Of a DNA stretch of 64,000 nucleotides, positions 54,084 to 63,444 are shown in pieces (position 1 is the stretch's first letter; every line of letters begins with the position of its first letter). The notes beneath the pieces were generated by a model that was not told where the DNA came from, ran no database searches, and worked only from the letters and a program-made list of their open reading frames with translations. The stretch covers positions 108,016 through 172,015 of the forward strand of contig JAUHXC010000011.1 in the NCBI GenBank assembly GCA_030427205.1, read 5' to 3'. The translations under genes were made by a program, and so were the position numbers. This DNA is from a bacterium (lineage in GTDB: Bacteria; Myxococcota_A; Bradymonadia; UBA7976; UBA1532).

Positions 54084-55672
54084 GTCATCCGGGCCACGAC
54101 CGCGTCAGGCTCGTCAGCCTCATGATGCCATCGGTCCAACTCGGCGTTGATGTCGGTCATCGTCTTCTTCTGTCGAAGCAGATCGAGGACCTCGATGGCC
54201 GCGTCGGCGCAGTCGGCGTCGGTGATGATCGTCGAACAGACCCCGGCGCGGGCGGCGGCGACCAGCGACAGCCCCTTGACCCGGCCGTGGGTCATCAGCA
54301 CCACCTTGCGCCGCTGCTGCACGAGCAGGCGCAGCTCCGGCACCGAGATGCCCAAGAGCTCCCAGCGGCGTTGGTCGGGGCTGGGCAGGGGGACCGGGTT
54401 GCCATCGATGTCGAGCAGGTTGAGGCCGACGTCGGCGATGGCCTCGGCGGGCCGCTCTCCACCGGTGAGCTGCAACATCGCCCGATCGAGCCAGTCGCCC
54501 CGCCGCAGCGCGCCGCAGCCGATGAGCGCAACGTCGAGGCCCTGAAACTGCCGCCGGAGCTGAACGCCGGGGCGCACCCCGGTGGAGATCTGGCGGTCGA
54601 TCAGCAGGTCGAAGCCAGAGACCGAATGCCCGACGACCCGCCTGAGCCCGAGCAGAGCCCGGGCCCGGGCGGTGAGCTCGCCGACGAGGCTGTTGGCCAG
54701 GTTCTCCTGCTCTTCGAAGGGCTCGACGGTCAGCGGGAAGAGGTGGTAGCGGCGGGCGTCGAGCACGCTCGCATCGGGGAACGGCGAGCTCTCGCCGACC
54801 GCCCGGCAGAACTGGGCGCACATGAAGCCGCCCATCACGCCGAGGCTGCTCGCGTCGCTGTGCCGCCCGAGGTAGCCGGCCACCTCCTTGTGTGCCAGCA
54901 GCGCGATGAGCCGCGCCGTCAACGGGTCGGTCGGCCCGAACGAAGAGTGCGCCATGCGCCGGACGACGCGGATCTCGGGGCAATCGATACCGCGCGGAGC
55001 GAGGTCGGCCGTCAGACGCTCACAGAGCTCACCGGCGAGCGCATCGTCCTCGGCGGCGAAGCCCCCGCCCTCGCGCTCGACCGGCAGCAGCTCGACCAGC
55101 CCGAAGTCGAGCGCGCCGTGCACAAGCTTCAGCGCGGCCGCACGCCGCGATGCAGCCGCCTCGTTCGGCATCAGGAACTCGTCCCTGCGGCGGAAGTCGC
55201 GCATACCGACCACGGCCTCCTCGAGCACGTCGTCCACCGCCAGGCCACGCAGGGCGCCATCGGTCGCGAGCTGCCCCGGGCGGACGTTCATCCGACCTCG
55301 GGTCGGGACACCCATCCGCCAGTGGACGTCCCTCTTCGGACGCTTGGGCTTCTTGGGATCCTCAGCCGCCTCGAACTCGTCGGGCGGCAGGAGCTGGTCA
55401 AACATCTCTGCCATCGAGAAGCAGCCCGACTCACGACGATAGGACACCGCCGCCAGGGCGAGGATTTCCTCGGCTTCCCACGGACGCTCGCCGTCGCGCT
55501 TCTTGTAGTAGTGGGTTCGGTCGGCGATTCCGAGTCGCTCTGTCGCAAACTCGACGCTGGTCTTCTTGGGCCCCGCCAACCCCTCCAGCGCCGCCCGTCG
55601 CCCCCACTCGTCCCGCGTGCGGTTGAGAAACGCCGCAAGTGCCCTCTCCCGGCCCTTCAGCCCCTCGTCCAT
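54062..55672 (-). CDS. hypothetical regulator-like protein with C-terminal SorC/DeoR-type sugar-phosphate-binding domain
   Basis: The C-terminal KVVLMTHGRVKGLSLVAAARAGVCSTIITDADCADAAIEVL matches the SorC tail as recalled from CggR/DeoR. The ATG at 55672 is codon 50 of ORF 54062..55819. The upstream 150 nt are AT-rich and would give aberrant codon usage if translated. Confidence 0.5.
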   Translation of the reverse strand: MDEGLKGRERALAAFLNRTRDEWGRRAALEGLAGPKKTSVEFATERLGIADRTHYYKKRDGERPWEAEEILALAAVSYRRESGCFSMAEMFDQLLPPDEFEAAEDPKKPKRPKRDVHWRMGVPTRGRMNVRPGQLATDGALRGLAVDDVLEEAVVGMRDFRRRDEFLMPNEAAASRRAAALKLVHGALDFGLVELLPVEREGGGFAAEDDALAGELCERLTADLAPRGIDCPEIRVVRRMAHSSFGPTDPLTARLIALLAHKEVAGYLGRHSDASSLGVMGGFMCAQFCRAVGESSPFPDASVLDARRYHLFPLTVEPFEEQENLANSLVGELTARARALLGLRRVVGHSVSGFDLLIDRQISTGVRPGVQLRRQFQGLDVALIGCGALRRGDWLDRAMLQLTGGERPAEAIADVGLNLLDIDGNPVPLPSPDQRRWELLGISVPELRLLVQQRRKVVLMTHGRVKGLSLVAAARAGVCSTIITDADCADAAIEVLDLLRQKKTMTDINAELDRWHHEADEPDAVVARMTQGAAKP

Positions 55673-55689
55673 GTGGCTCACTGTCGAAC

Positions 55690-55830
55690 TCCAACGCGTC
55701 TGCAGACAGCAGTCTGAAGACGCACCATAAACCTCTGATAATAAATGTGAAACACAAAACCTGGCTGCACCTGACGGCATGCCAGTGTCATCACTGGAGA
55801 AGGCGAACTTTTTCGGCATGTCGGTCCAGC
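55690..55830. promoter_or_regulatory. AT-rich (about 40-45% GC) intergenic island with tandem palindromes GTCTGCAGAC-AGCA-GTCTGAAGAC
   Basis: Read directly from the sequence. It is flanked by 70% GC DNA. It lies between the divergent genes 54062..55672 (-) and 55943..57943 (+). The palindromes sit at about 55698..55721. Confidence 0.5.
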
Positions 55831-55942
55831 CGGCCCGATCTCACGCACGTAAGCTGGTCTCACATCGCGCGGGTGACGCCGGTGGCCAACGGCACCCGCC
55901 CACAGACGGTCCGAAAAATCCGCTGACGATAGGAGGTCGAAC

Positions 55943-57943
55943 GTGCTCGATCGAACGGGAGAGCTGCGCCTGCTGCGCCTGATCCGCGGGCTCATCGCCT
56001 GGGCGTGTCATGCGACCGGTGCATGGGCATCACTCCGAGCGCGAGCCACAGCGTGGGCTCGCCGCCTCGCCCCGAGCTGTCTGGCGCTCATCGCGGGCGT
56101 GGCGCTGCTCGTCGCGCCATCGCAAAGCGCCGGCCAATGTGACCGATCCGCGAAGGTGCTGCTGGTCTTGGACAAGAGCAGCAGCATGCGCAACAAGCTG
56201 GCAACCGCGCGCGAAGCCATCGCGGCGCTGCTGCGCGCCGCCGACCCGGCGATCGACTTCGGCTTGCTCGTATTCGACGCCGGCCAGTGTAACGGCTCTG
56301 GCCGACTCGTGGTGCCCGTCGCGCCCGATGCGCGCGACGCGATCATCGCCGAGATCGGCCGCACCCGCGCCAGCGGCGGCACATCGATCGAGGGCGCCAT
56401 CCGCGAAGCGAGCGCCGCGCTCGGGCCGCTCGAAGGCCAGCGGGCGATCGTGCTGATCACCGACGGCGAAGACAGCTGCCACCGGGCGGCGCAGGCCGCC
56501 GCGCAGGCTCTGCAAGCCGGCATCGAGACGTTCGTCGTCGGCTATGGCACGGGCGTGGACGGGCAGCAGCTCCTGGCCATCGCGCAGGCTGGCCGGGGCC
56601 CCGGCGCGGCCGTCTACCAAGCTGATCGTCAGGACGATCTCGAGGATGTGCTGCTCGCCCTCGGCCGCGAGCTGCCCGCAGGCGGCGAGCTGTGCAACGG
56701 CGTCGACGACGACTGCGACGGCGCGGTCGACGAGAGCCCCGAGGGCGCCGGCCTGCCCTGCGATACGGGCTGGCCGGGTGCCTGCAGCCTGGGCGTCCGC
56801 GTCTGCGCGGACGGCGTTCTCGACTGCTCCGACCGGGTGCCGGCGACCACCGAGGTCTGTGACGGGGTCGACAACGACTGCGATGGCCCGATCGACGAAG
56901 ACGTCGACCTCTCCGGCAGCTGCGCGACGGGCGCCCCTGGGATCTGCGGCGTCGGCGAGCTGAGCTGCGTGGCCGGCGCCGTGGCCTGCGTCGCACTGGA
57001 GAACGCCCTGGACGAAGCCTGCGACGCCGTCGACAACGACTGCGACGGCCGCATCGACGAGGGCCTGCGCAACGGCTGCGGGGCATGCGGTGGCGCCGTT
57101 CCAGAGGCCTGCGACGCCGTCGACAACGACTGCGACGGCCGCGCCGACGAAGACCCGGCCTGCGCAGAGCCTTGCCAAAGCGGGGAGTGCACCGGCGATG
57201 GGATCTGCGACGCGGCCTCGGAGCTCTGCGTTCCGCGCTGCGAGGTCTTGGGCTGCGAAGACCCGATGGAGATCTGCACAGCCGGCCGCTGCCAGCCCCG
57301 GTGCGGCGGCGGCTGCGACGACGGCTTCGTCTGCCGCGCCGATGTCGATCGCTGCGTCCCTGAGTCGCGGGCCGACTGCGCCGTCGCCTGCGCCAGCGAC
57401 AGCTGCCGCCCCGGGGACGTCTGCGTCGAGAGCTGCGATCGCCTCGAGTGCAGGCCGAGCTGCGCCGATATCGCCTGCCCGGCCGATGAAGCGTGCCTCG
57501 GCGGCCTCTGTGTCGCCAAGCCGTGCGTCGAATGCCCGGAGGGTCAGGTGTGTGGCGGCGATGGCCAGTGCCACCCAGATCCCTGCCTCGGCGTCGTCTG
57601 CGACTCGCCCTTCATCTGCCTCGAGGGCTTCTGCGGCCTCGACCCCTGTACAGGACACCACTGCCCGACGGGACAACGCTGCACGACGGCCGCGGGGCGG
57701 GCCACGTGCATCTACTCGACGGCTCCGAGCCCGCCGGCCGACGGCGGCGCGACGGGCGAAGCCCGGGACGCCGGGGCGCCCTGGTTCGAGCAGGGCGCGG
57801 AGCCAACGGACGCTGGGGCCGCACCGGCCGAGGTCGTCGGCTGCGAGGCCGCGGCCGGGGGCTACGGTCTCCGTCTTCGCTGGCTACCAGTCCTCGGGCT
57901 CTGGGTCTTGCTCATCGCCCGTCGACGCTCGCCGCGCCGCTGA
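55943..57943 (+). CDS. von Willebrand factor A domain protein with MopE-type Cys repeats and MYXO-CTERM sorting tail
   Basis: GTG follows AGGAGG with a 6-nt spacer. The VWA MIDAS-like region is LLVLDKSSSM...GGTSI...ITDGEDS. About four CDAVDNDCDG repeats follow. The C-terminus GCEAAAGGYGLRLRWLPVLGLWVLLIARRR matches MYXO-CTERM. Confidence 0.8.
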   Translation: MLDRTGELRLLRLIRGLIAWACHATGAWASLRARATAWARRLAPSCLALIAGVALLVAPSQSAGQCDRSAKVLLVLDKSSSMRNKLATAREAIAALLRAADPAIDFGLLVFDAGQCNGSGRLVVPVAPDARDAIIAEIGRTRASGGTSIEGAIREASAALGPLEGQRAIVLITDGEDSCHRAAQAAAQALQAGIETFVVGYGTGVDGQQLLAIAQAGRGPGAAVYQADRQDDLEDVLLALGRELPAGGELCNGVDDDCDGAVDESPEGAGLPCDTGWPGACSLGVRVCADGVLDCSDRVPATTEVCDGVDNDCDGPIDEDVDLSGSCATGAPGICGVGELSCVAGAVACVALENALDEACDAVDNDCDGRIDEGLRNGCGACGGAVPEACDAVDNDCDGRADEDPACAEPCQSGECTGDGICDAASELCVPRCEVLGCEDPMEICTAGRCQPRCGGGCDDGFVCRADVDRCVPESRADCAVACASDSCRPGDVCVESCDRLECRPSCADIACPADEACLGGLCVAKPCVECPEGQVCGGDGQCHPDPCLGVVCDSPFICLEGFCGLDPCTGHHCPTGQRCTTAAGRATCIYSTAPSPPADGGATGEARDAGAPWFEQGAEPTDAGAAPAEVVGCEAAAGGYGLRLRWLPVLGLWVLLIARRRSPRR

Positions 57944-58127
57944 CCCCCGCTGCGATCTCCAGCCCGCCGTTCGCGCCGGCGCAGGCCGCCGGGTGGCCGC
58001 GCGCCACCCCGACCGCGCGGGCGAGCGCCCCCTGCGCGATCCGCAGCCCGTCGCTCGCCGCGGGAGATACCACCCGACCGCCTGCGACCCGCCCCGAACA
58101 GATCGGCGAGCGCTCTGCGGGAGATCT

Positions 58128-58600
58128 TGGAGGGCCGACTAAATCGGGGAGCACCCCCCTCGCGTAATTCGGGGCACCGACTAAATCGGGATCTGCCGCC
58201 GAGCAGATCCCGGGACCCCCTTTCAGATCGAGATTCGCGACCCGAGCAGATCCCGGTTTAGTCGCTGCTCGAAAATGCCCGCACCCTGCCTTCGAATTTT
58301 AATCGCTGCCCCCGAGGGACGCGCCGGGGGTCTTCGCCGATTTAGTCGCCGCCCCAGAATACGCGGCCGCTGCGCCCGGAGAGTTAGTCGGCGCCCCCAG
58401 ATTCGTGGCAGGTGGGCTCGCCGACTTGGTTCCTGCCCCGCGGAGACGCGGCAGGGGCGTCCCCCGGTTTAGTCGCTGCCCCGAGATGTGCGCGGTGAGC
58501 GCTTCTCGATTTAGTCGGTGCCCCAAAATACGCGAGGGGGGCGCTCCCCGGTTTAGTCGCCGGTCTCGGAGACGGGCGATGGGCATATCCCGCGTTGATC
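58128..58600. repeat. array of about 10 degenerate ~42-bp repeats (8 direct, 2 inverted), core TTTAGTCGCYGCCCC(R)AGA..GCGCGG
   Basis: Read directly from the sequence. The direct-copy period is 39-44 nt, from about 58257 to about 58595. Two inverted copies (GACTAAATCGGG) lie at about 58134 and 58178, forming a 19-bp inverted repeat with the copy at 58243. The shadow ORFs 58299..58586 (-) and 58405..58668 (+) merely translate the repeats (RLNRG, PRFSRCP). Confidence 0.75.
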
Positions 58601-58730
58601 GCCCCTGCCCGCGCGCCGAATCCGAAAAAAGAAGCCCCGCCTTACCCGATCGCCCGACCCGCGGGTGAACCCCGTCGAACGCCGAAATTTCGCCCGAGAC
58701 CGGGCTCTTCTTCGACCGACGGAGTCACCC

Positions 58731-59561
58731 ATGTCCATCAAGCCCATCGCCGCCACCGCCGCCTTCAGCCTCTCGGCGCTGCTCGCCGGCCCGGCCGACG
58801 CGGGCATCTTCGACAAGATCGCCGACGCCATCGAAGACGCCGCCGAGGACGTCGCCGACGCCATCAACGGCGACCTGAGCGCTGTCTCCTGCGCCGGCGG
58901 CGAGCAGATCGTCACCGACGCGGTCGACGGGGTCACCCACAACTGGACGTTCCAAGACGGCTATCGCAACGACGCGGTCGTCTTCGCCCAGGCGGTGACC
59001 CACAATGGGAGCGACGCTGGCGCGGTGCGCATCGCCGGCGCGCAGATCAAGTTCCAGGAGTCGAACAACGGCAACCACGGCAGCGGCGAGACGGTGCATA
59101 CGTTCTCGGTGTGCGAGCTGCCCGGCAGCATGTTCGACAGCGACGGCGAGACCGGCACCTTCGACCTGACCGCCGCCAGCCAGAGCACCATGCACTACGT
59201 CGCCTTCGACGGGGCCTACGACAACCCGGTGTTCTTCGCCCAGGTGGCGACCCACAACGGCAGCCACCCCATCGTCGCCACGCCCGTGCTCGTCGACGGC
59301 GCCGGCGCCTGGGTCGCGCTGATGGAGCCGACCAACTACGACGGCGCCCACGCCGAAGAGACGGTGCACTGGATGGTGATGGAGGCCGGCTCGTACCAGC
59401 TCGACGATGGCTCGTACATGACCGTCGGCGCGCTGGCGGTGACCACCGATGACTACAGCGCGGCGGGCATGCAGACGGTGGTGCCCACCGTCGACACCAG
59501 CAGCAACTGGGTGCAGTCGGACACCGAGTACTGCCTGGAGAACGCCCGCATCAAGACCTAG
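58731..59561 (+). CDS. secreted hypothetical protein (two internal VFFAQ..THNGS repeats); N-terminal part of a frame interrupted by TAG
   Basis: ATG follows a GGAG Shine-Dalgarno, and a signal peptide (MSIKPIAATAAFSLSALLAGPADA) is present. The gene ends at TAG 59559..59561. The same frame reopens with no other stop until 60593. Confidence 0.6.
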   Translation: MSIKPIAATAAFSLSALLAGPADAGIFDKIADAIEDAAEDVADAINGDLSAVSCAGGEQIVTDAVDGVTHNWTFQDGYRNDAVVFAQAVTHNGSDAGAVRIAGAQIKFQESNNGNHGSGETVHTFSVCELPGSMFDSDGETGTFDLTAASQSTMHYVAFDGAYDNPVFFAQVATHNGSHPIVATPVLVDGAGAWVALMEPTNYDGAHAEETVHWMVMEAGSYQLDDGSYMTVGALAVTTDDYSAAGMQTVVPTVDTSSNWVQSDTEYCLENARIKT

Positions 59562-59627
59562 TCGCAGTGGGCCATCGACACCGACTACCACGGCACCCGC
59601 GTCGCGCAGGACGTCGACGCCAACGGC

Positions 59628-60593
59628 GTGCTGCAGGGCTTCGGCGTGCGCTTCATGCGCCGCCAGGGCGTCGAGTACGCCAACGATCCGGAGGTCTCGA
59701 CGGGGGTCATCGGCTACATGGTCGTCGGCGACGCCAGCAGCACCGAGTGCAACCGCGACGAAGAGGACTTCGACTGGTACTACGACGACTTCTCGGGCGA
59801 CGTCGGCGACGCCGCCGACGACCCCTACGAGGCCTCGACCAGCGTGCTCAGCGCCTTCTGTGACGAGGCCTCGACCATCGACCGCGTCTGGTCCCAGAGC
59901 GACGACTGGGGCAACAGCACCGTCGGGGCCGACTACACGATGGAGGCCGGCATGCGCGACGACCGCAACGACGGCGGCGAGCTGTGGATGGGCGCCACCG
60001 CCGACGCGTGGGTGAACCTGCTCGGCGAGGATCTGATCCTGCTCGACGTCGGCGTCGAGGCCACCACCCAGGCCGACGGCACCAGCGACAGCCAGGCGTG
60101 GCTCGTCGCCTTGGAAGGGGTGCTGGCCGACTGGGGCACCACCGGCGCGGCGTCGTTCGACAAGAGCTTCGCCGACCTGACCTTCCTCGAGGCCTCGGCG
60201 GTCTTCTACGGGGTCACCGTGAGCGCGTCGGCGGTGGGCGCCATCGGCGTGGACGGCACCGCGACCCTCGGCGCGGCCAGCGTGACGCTCGACGCGGGCC
60301 CCTACGCCGGCGTCTCGGGCGAAGCCTCGGCCAGCATCGGCGCGCTGTGCGTCAACGCCGGCATCACCGCCAGCCTGACCCTGGTCTCGGTGGACGTGCC
60401 GACCTACGTCACCGCGCAGCTGCAGGGCGACAGCGTGATGTGGAGCATCGACACCGACCTCGTGCTCTCGTCCCTCGACGGCAGCCTCGACCTCGAGGTC
60501 AACTACTGCATCGGCAGCGAGGACTACGAGCTTTTCGCCATCAACGGCTTCCAGACCACCTACGACCTCATCGCCGAGAGCGGCTGCTTCTGA
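59628..60593 (+). CDS. hypothetical acidic Ser/Thr/Gly-rich protein; in-frame continuation of 58731..59561 (possible read-through / pseudogene / separate gene)
   Basis: It is in the same frame as the upstream CDS (both coordinates are multiples of 3). The 22 intervening codons contain no stop. There is no signal peptide or clear Shine-Dalgarno before GTG 59628. Confidence 0.45.
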   Translation: MLQGFGVRFMRRQGVEYANDPEVSTGVIGYMVVGDASSTECNRDEEDFDWYYDDFSGDVGDAADDPYEASTSVLSAFCDEASTIDRVWSQSDDWGNSTVGADYTMEAGMRDDRNDGGELWMGATADAWVNLLGEDLILLDVGVEATTQADGTSDSQAWLVALEGVLADWGTTGAASFDKSFADLTFLEASAVFYGVTVSASAVGAIGVDGTATLGAASVTLDAGPYAGVSGEASASIGALCVNAGITASLTLVSVDVPTYVTAQLQGDSVMWSIDTDLVLSSLDGSLDLEVNYCIGSEDYELFAINGFQTTYDLIAESGCF

Positions 60594-60736
60594 AGCCGGC
60601 CGGCCCGCGCCGCCCCGCCGTCCCAGCGCGGACCGCGGGGCGTCCGCCGTTCGAAATCCCACGAAAAACAATGGCGCGCTGCCCGATCGCCGCGCTCGCG
60701 GGTGAGCCCGGGTGAATACGAAGTCGGAGACCCGCC

Positions 60737-62422
60737 ATGAAGACCGCCCACCGCATCGCGCTGCCCCTCGCCGCCCTCGGCGCCGTCGCCGCCCTCGTCG
60801 CCGCCCACGGCGACGTCTCGACCGCGCCGGCCAGCATCGAGCCGGTCGAGGCCGCCCGCGAAGGCCCGGCTCCACGGGCCGAGGCCGCGCTCGCCGTCGC
60901 CCGCCAGGCCCCCGTCGGCCGGGTGGTCGAGCAGAGCTATCGCCTGACCTACGACCGCGTCGTCAGCATGGGCCCGGGGCAGTCGCACATGGCGCTGGCC
61001 GGCACCTGGACCGTCGTACCGCTGGGCCCCGATCGGCTGCACGTCAGCCTCGACCTGGACGACTACAGCGCCGATACGCCCGCGCCGCTCGGCCTGGAGT
61101 CGCCGTTTCAGCTGGGGCTGAGCGACGGGCGGCTCAGCGGCATCGGTCATCTCGACGACGTCACCCCCGCCGCCCGCAACCTGCTCGCCGAGCTGGTCAC
61201 CGCCCTGCACGTCACCCGCGGGGAGGGGCGCGAGTGGACCGCCGACGAGGTCGACCTCAACGGCGCCTACCTCGCCCGTTATGTGACCACCGGCGCCGGC
61301 CGCGGCGAGCGGATACGCGGGGACTACGCCGCCGCCGGTATCACCGCCGAGGGCATGACCCGCTTCCGCCTCGACGCTACGGGCGTGGTCGAGGTGCGGG
61401 TGGCCGAGAGCACCGCGCGCGCCTTCGACCGCCTCGAGCTCAGCGCCTCGGCCGCGGTGGACGCGGCCCTCGTGCGCGAGAGCGCCCGCGCGGTGAAGGC
61501 CCCGCGGGTGCACCGGCTGCCGCTGCGGGCCATCGCGCCGGTGGTCGATCCCGCCGGCCTGCGGGCCGCCGATCGCAACCGCATCGGCGACGCCGACATG
61601 CAGACGGTGCGCGCGTGGCTCGACGCGCTGGACACCGACCTGACCGGCACCGACCGCCAGCGCCTGCGCGACGGGGTGCACGCCCGCCTGCGCACCTTCG
61701 CCCGGCTGCACCCCGAGGCCCTGGGCGAGTACCGCGACACCCTGCGCCGCGCGCCGGTCGATCGGGCGCGGCTGATGACCGCCGCGCTGGGCGGGGCCAA
61801 TACGCTGCAGGCCACCGCGGCGCTGACCGACATGCTGGGCGAGAGCCTGCCCGCCGAGGTGCGTCAGGCGGCGCACTTCGCGCTCAACGTCACCGAGACC
61901 CCCAGCCGCGACAGCGTGCGGGCGCTGATGGCCGGGATCGACGACCCCGAGCACGGCGACACCGCGCTGCTCGCCGCCGCCAATCAGGCCCGCAAGCTGG
62001 ACGAGAGCGAGCCCGAGCTGACGGGCGACGTGGTCGAGCTCCTGGTGCAGCGCTATCACGAGGCCGCCGACCCCGCGACCCGGCGGCTGGTGGTGGCCGC
62101 GCTGGGCAATACGGGGGACGTGCGCATCGTGCCGACGCTGCAGCACGCGCTGGGCCTGGGTGATGTGAGCGTGGCCCGGGCGGCGGCCTTCGCGCTGCGT
62201 CACGTGCCGTCGGCGGAGGCCGACGGGCTGCTGGATACCCTGCTGGTGCAGCACCCGTCGGAGATGGTGCGCATCGAGGCGGTCAGCGCGATCGGCGCCC
62301 GTGATGCCCGACACTGGGCGCCGCGGCTCGAGGCGCTGCTGCCGACGCTGGGCGCGCGGGTGCATCTGCAGGCGGCGATGCGCCGGCAGCTGACGCGCTG
62401 GGGGGTGGATCAGGCGAGTTGA
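60737..62422 (+). CDS. secreted protein with C-terminal PBS-lyase/HEAT-like repeats
   Basis: A GGAGA Shine-Dalgarno and a signal peptide are present. The C-terminal third has repeated LG...A...AA.AL units (RRLVVAALGNTGDVRIVPTL..., VRIEAVSAIGA). Confidence 0.75.
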   Translation: MKTAHRIALPLAALGAVAALVAAHGDVSTAPASIEPVEAAREGPAPRAEAALAVARQAPVGRVVEQSYRLTYDRVVSMGPGQSHMALAGTWTVVPLGPDRLHVSLDLDDYSADTPAPLGLESPFQLGLSDGRLSGIGHLDDVTPAARNLLAELVTALHVTRGEGREWTADEVDLNGAYLARYVTTGAGRGERIRGDYAAAGITAEGMTRFRLDATGVVEVRVAESTARAFDRLELSASAAVDAALVRESARAVKAPRVHRLPLRAIAPVVDPAGLRAADRNRIGDADMQTVRAWLDALDTDLTGTDRQRLRDGVHARLRTFARLHPEALGEYRDTLRRAPVDRARLMTAALGGANTLQATAALTDMLGESLPAEVRQAAHFALNVTETPSRDSVRALMAGIDDPEHGDTALLAAANQARKLDESEPELTGDVVELLVQRYHEAADPATRRLVVAALGNTGDVRIVPTLQHALGLGDVSVARAAAFALRHVPSAEADGLLDTLLVQHPSEMVRIEAVSAIGARDARHWAPRLEALLPTLGARVHLQAAMRRQLTRWGVDQAS

Positions 62423-63336
62423 GCGGCCGCCGCGCCGCCGAGGTGCCCGGCCACCGCGTCGGCGGCCCGCTGGACCACGTCGCGGCGATCGTAGAAGTCG
62501 AACTGGTTCACGCCGTCGAGCCACAGCTCGGCGACCGGCGCGTCCGTGCGCTTCACGTAGGCCCGGGCGCCGGCGGGCAGCGCCGCGGCGTCGGAGCAGA
62601 CGATGATGGTCGGCGCGTCGAGCCGATCGGCGGATACCAGGGCGTCGTAGGTCAGCCAGCCGGCCCACGAGGCGGGGTCGAACGCGTTGTCGTAGGCCGC
62701 GATCAGGCCGCGGTCGGGCTCGGTGTAATAGGGCGCTCCGTACATCAGCGCGCCCTCGTCGGTGGCGCTCGCCGCGACCATCGGCGCCGGCTCCGCCTCG
62801 GCGGCGGCCCGCCCCGCGGCGATCAGGCCGTCCACCGCCTCGGCGCCGCCGTAGATCTGATCGACCAGGCCGCGGTCGTGCAGCCACGGCGCCACCAGCG
62901 CCAGCCGGTCGAGCGCGCCGTCGGCGGCCACGGCGGCCATGTAGCCCGCCGACGCGCAGATGCCCAGCCCCGAGACCGCCTTCACCGCAGGCTGCGCGGC
63001 CATGAACCCGGCGGCGGCGCGGATGTCGGCGGTCTTCTCCTTCGGCGACTCGACGAAGCGCCGCGCGCCGCCCGACGCGCCCCAGCCGCCGAAGTCGAAG
63101 GCCAACGCCGCGAAGCCCCGCTCGGCGAGGGCCCGGGCGTAGGTGCCGGCCATCTGCTCCTTGACGGTGGTCCAGGCGCCGGTGACCACCACGCCGGGCC
63201 AGGGCCCGTCGCCGGCGGGGGTGAACAGCAGCCCGGACAGCTCGATATCGTCGCGCTCGAAGCGCACGGCGCGGCGCTGCACGCCCGCCGGATCGGCGGT
63301 GTTCTGCAAGTTGATGCGGGTGCTCTCGATGCTCAT
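62410..63336 (-). CDS. alpha/beta hydrolase (dienelactone-hydrolase-like)
   Basis: The nucleophile elbow is in the GICASAGY region, and the fold pattern fits. It is divergent from a LysR gene. Confidence 0.75.
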   Translation of the reverse strand: MSIESTRINLQNTADPAGVQRRAVRFERDDIELSGLLFTPAGDGPWPGVVVTGAWTTVKEQMAGTYARALAERGFAALAFDFGGWGASGGARRFVESPKEKTADIRAAAGFMAAQPAVKAVSGLGICASAGYMAAVAADGALDRLALVAPWLHDRGLVDQIYGGAEAVDGLIAAGRAAAEAEPAPMVAASATDEGALMYGAPYYTEPDRGLIAAYDNAFDPASWAGWLTYDALVSADRLDAPTIIVCSDAAALPAGARAYVKRTDAPVAELWLDGVNQFDFYDRRDVVQRAADAVAGHLGGAAAAQLA

Positions 63337-63421
63337 GCTGGCTCCTCTCCGGCGCGATCCGCCGATGCCTCACGAGCATAGGGCCGGCATTTTGTGCGAT
63401 GAACAGAAGCATCGAGACACT

Positions 63422-63444
63422 ATCTGTTCGTGAATCGAACAGAT
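63422..63444. promoter_or_regulatory. LysR-type binding site, perfect palindrome ATCTGTTCG-TGAAT-CGAACAGAT (T-N11-A core)
   Basis: Read directly from the sequence. It lies 17 nt upstream of the LysR start codon in the divergent intergenic region. Confidence 0.6.

Noticed and set aside
54062-55672. Restriction endonuclease partner for the DNA MTase (the two genes are convergent)
   Set aside because: The C-terminal domain matches the SorC/DeoR sugar-binding family, and no nuclease motif was seen. I treat the MTase as orphan.
55673-55819. Translation of the regulator gene from ATG 55819 through the AT-rich island
   Set aside because: Codon usage there is grossly atypical for this genome. A start at 55672 gives a normal-composition protein and leaves the island as promoter DNA. 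I cannot exclude a horizontally acquired coding 5' end.
58128-58600. Possible CRISPR array
   Set aside because: Repeats are degenerate rather than near-identical. The unit plus spacer is only about 42 nt. There is no leader or cas genes in the window.
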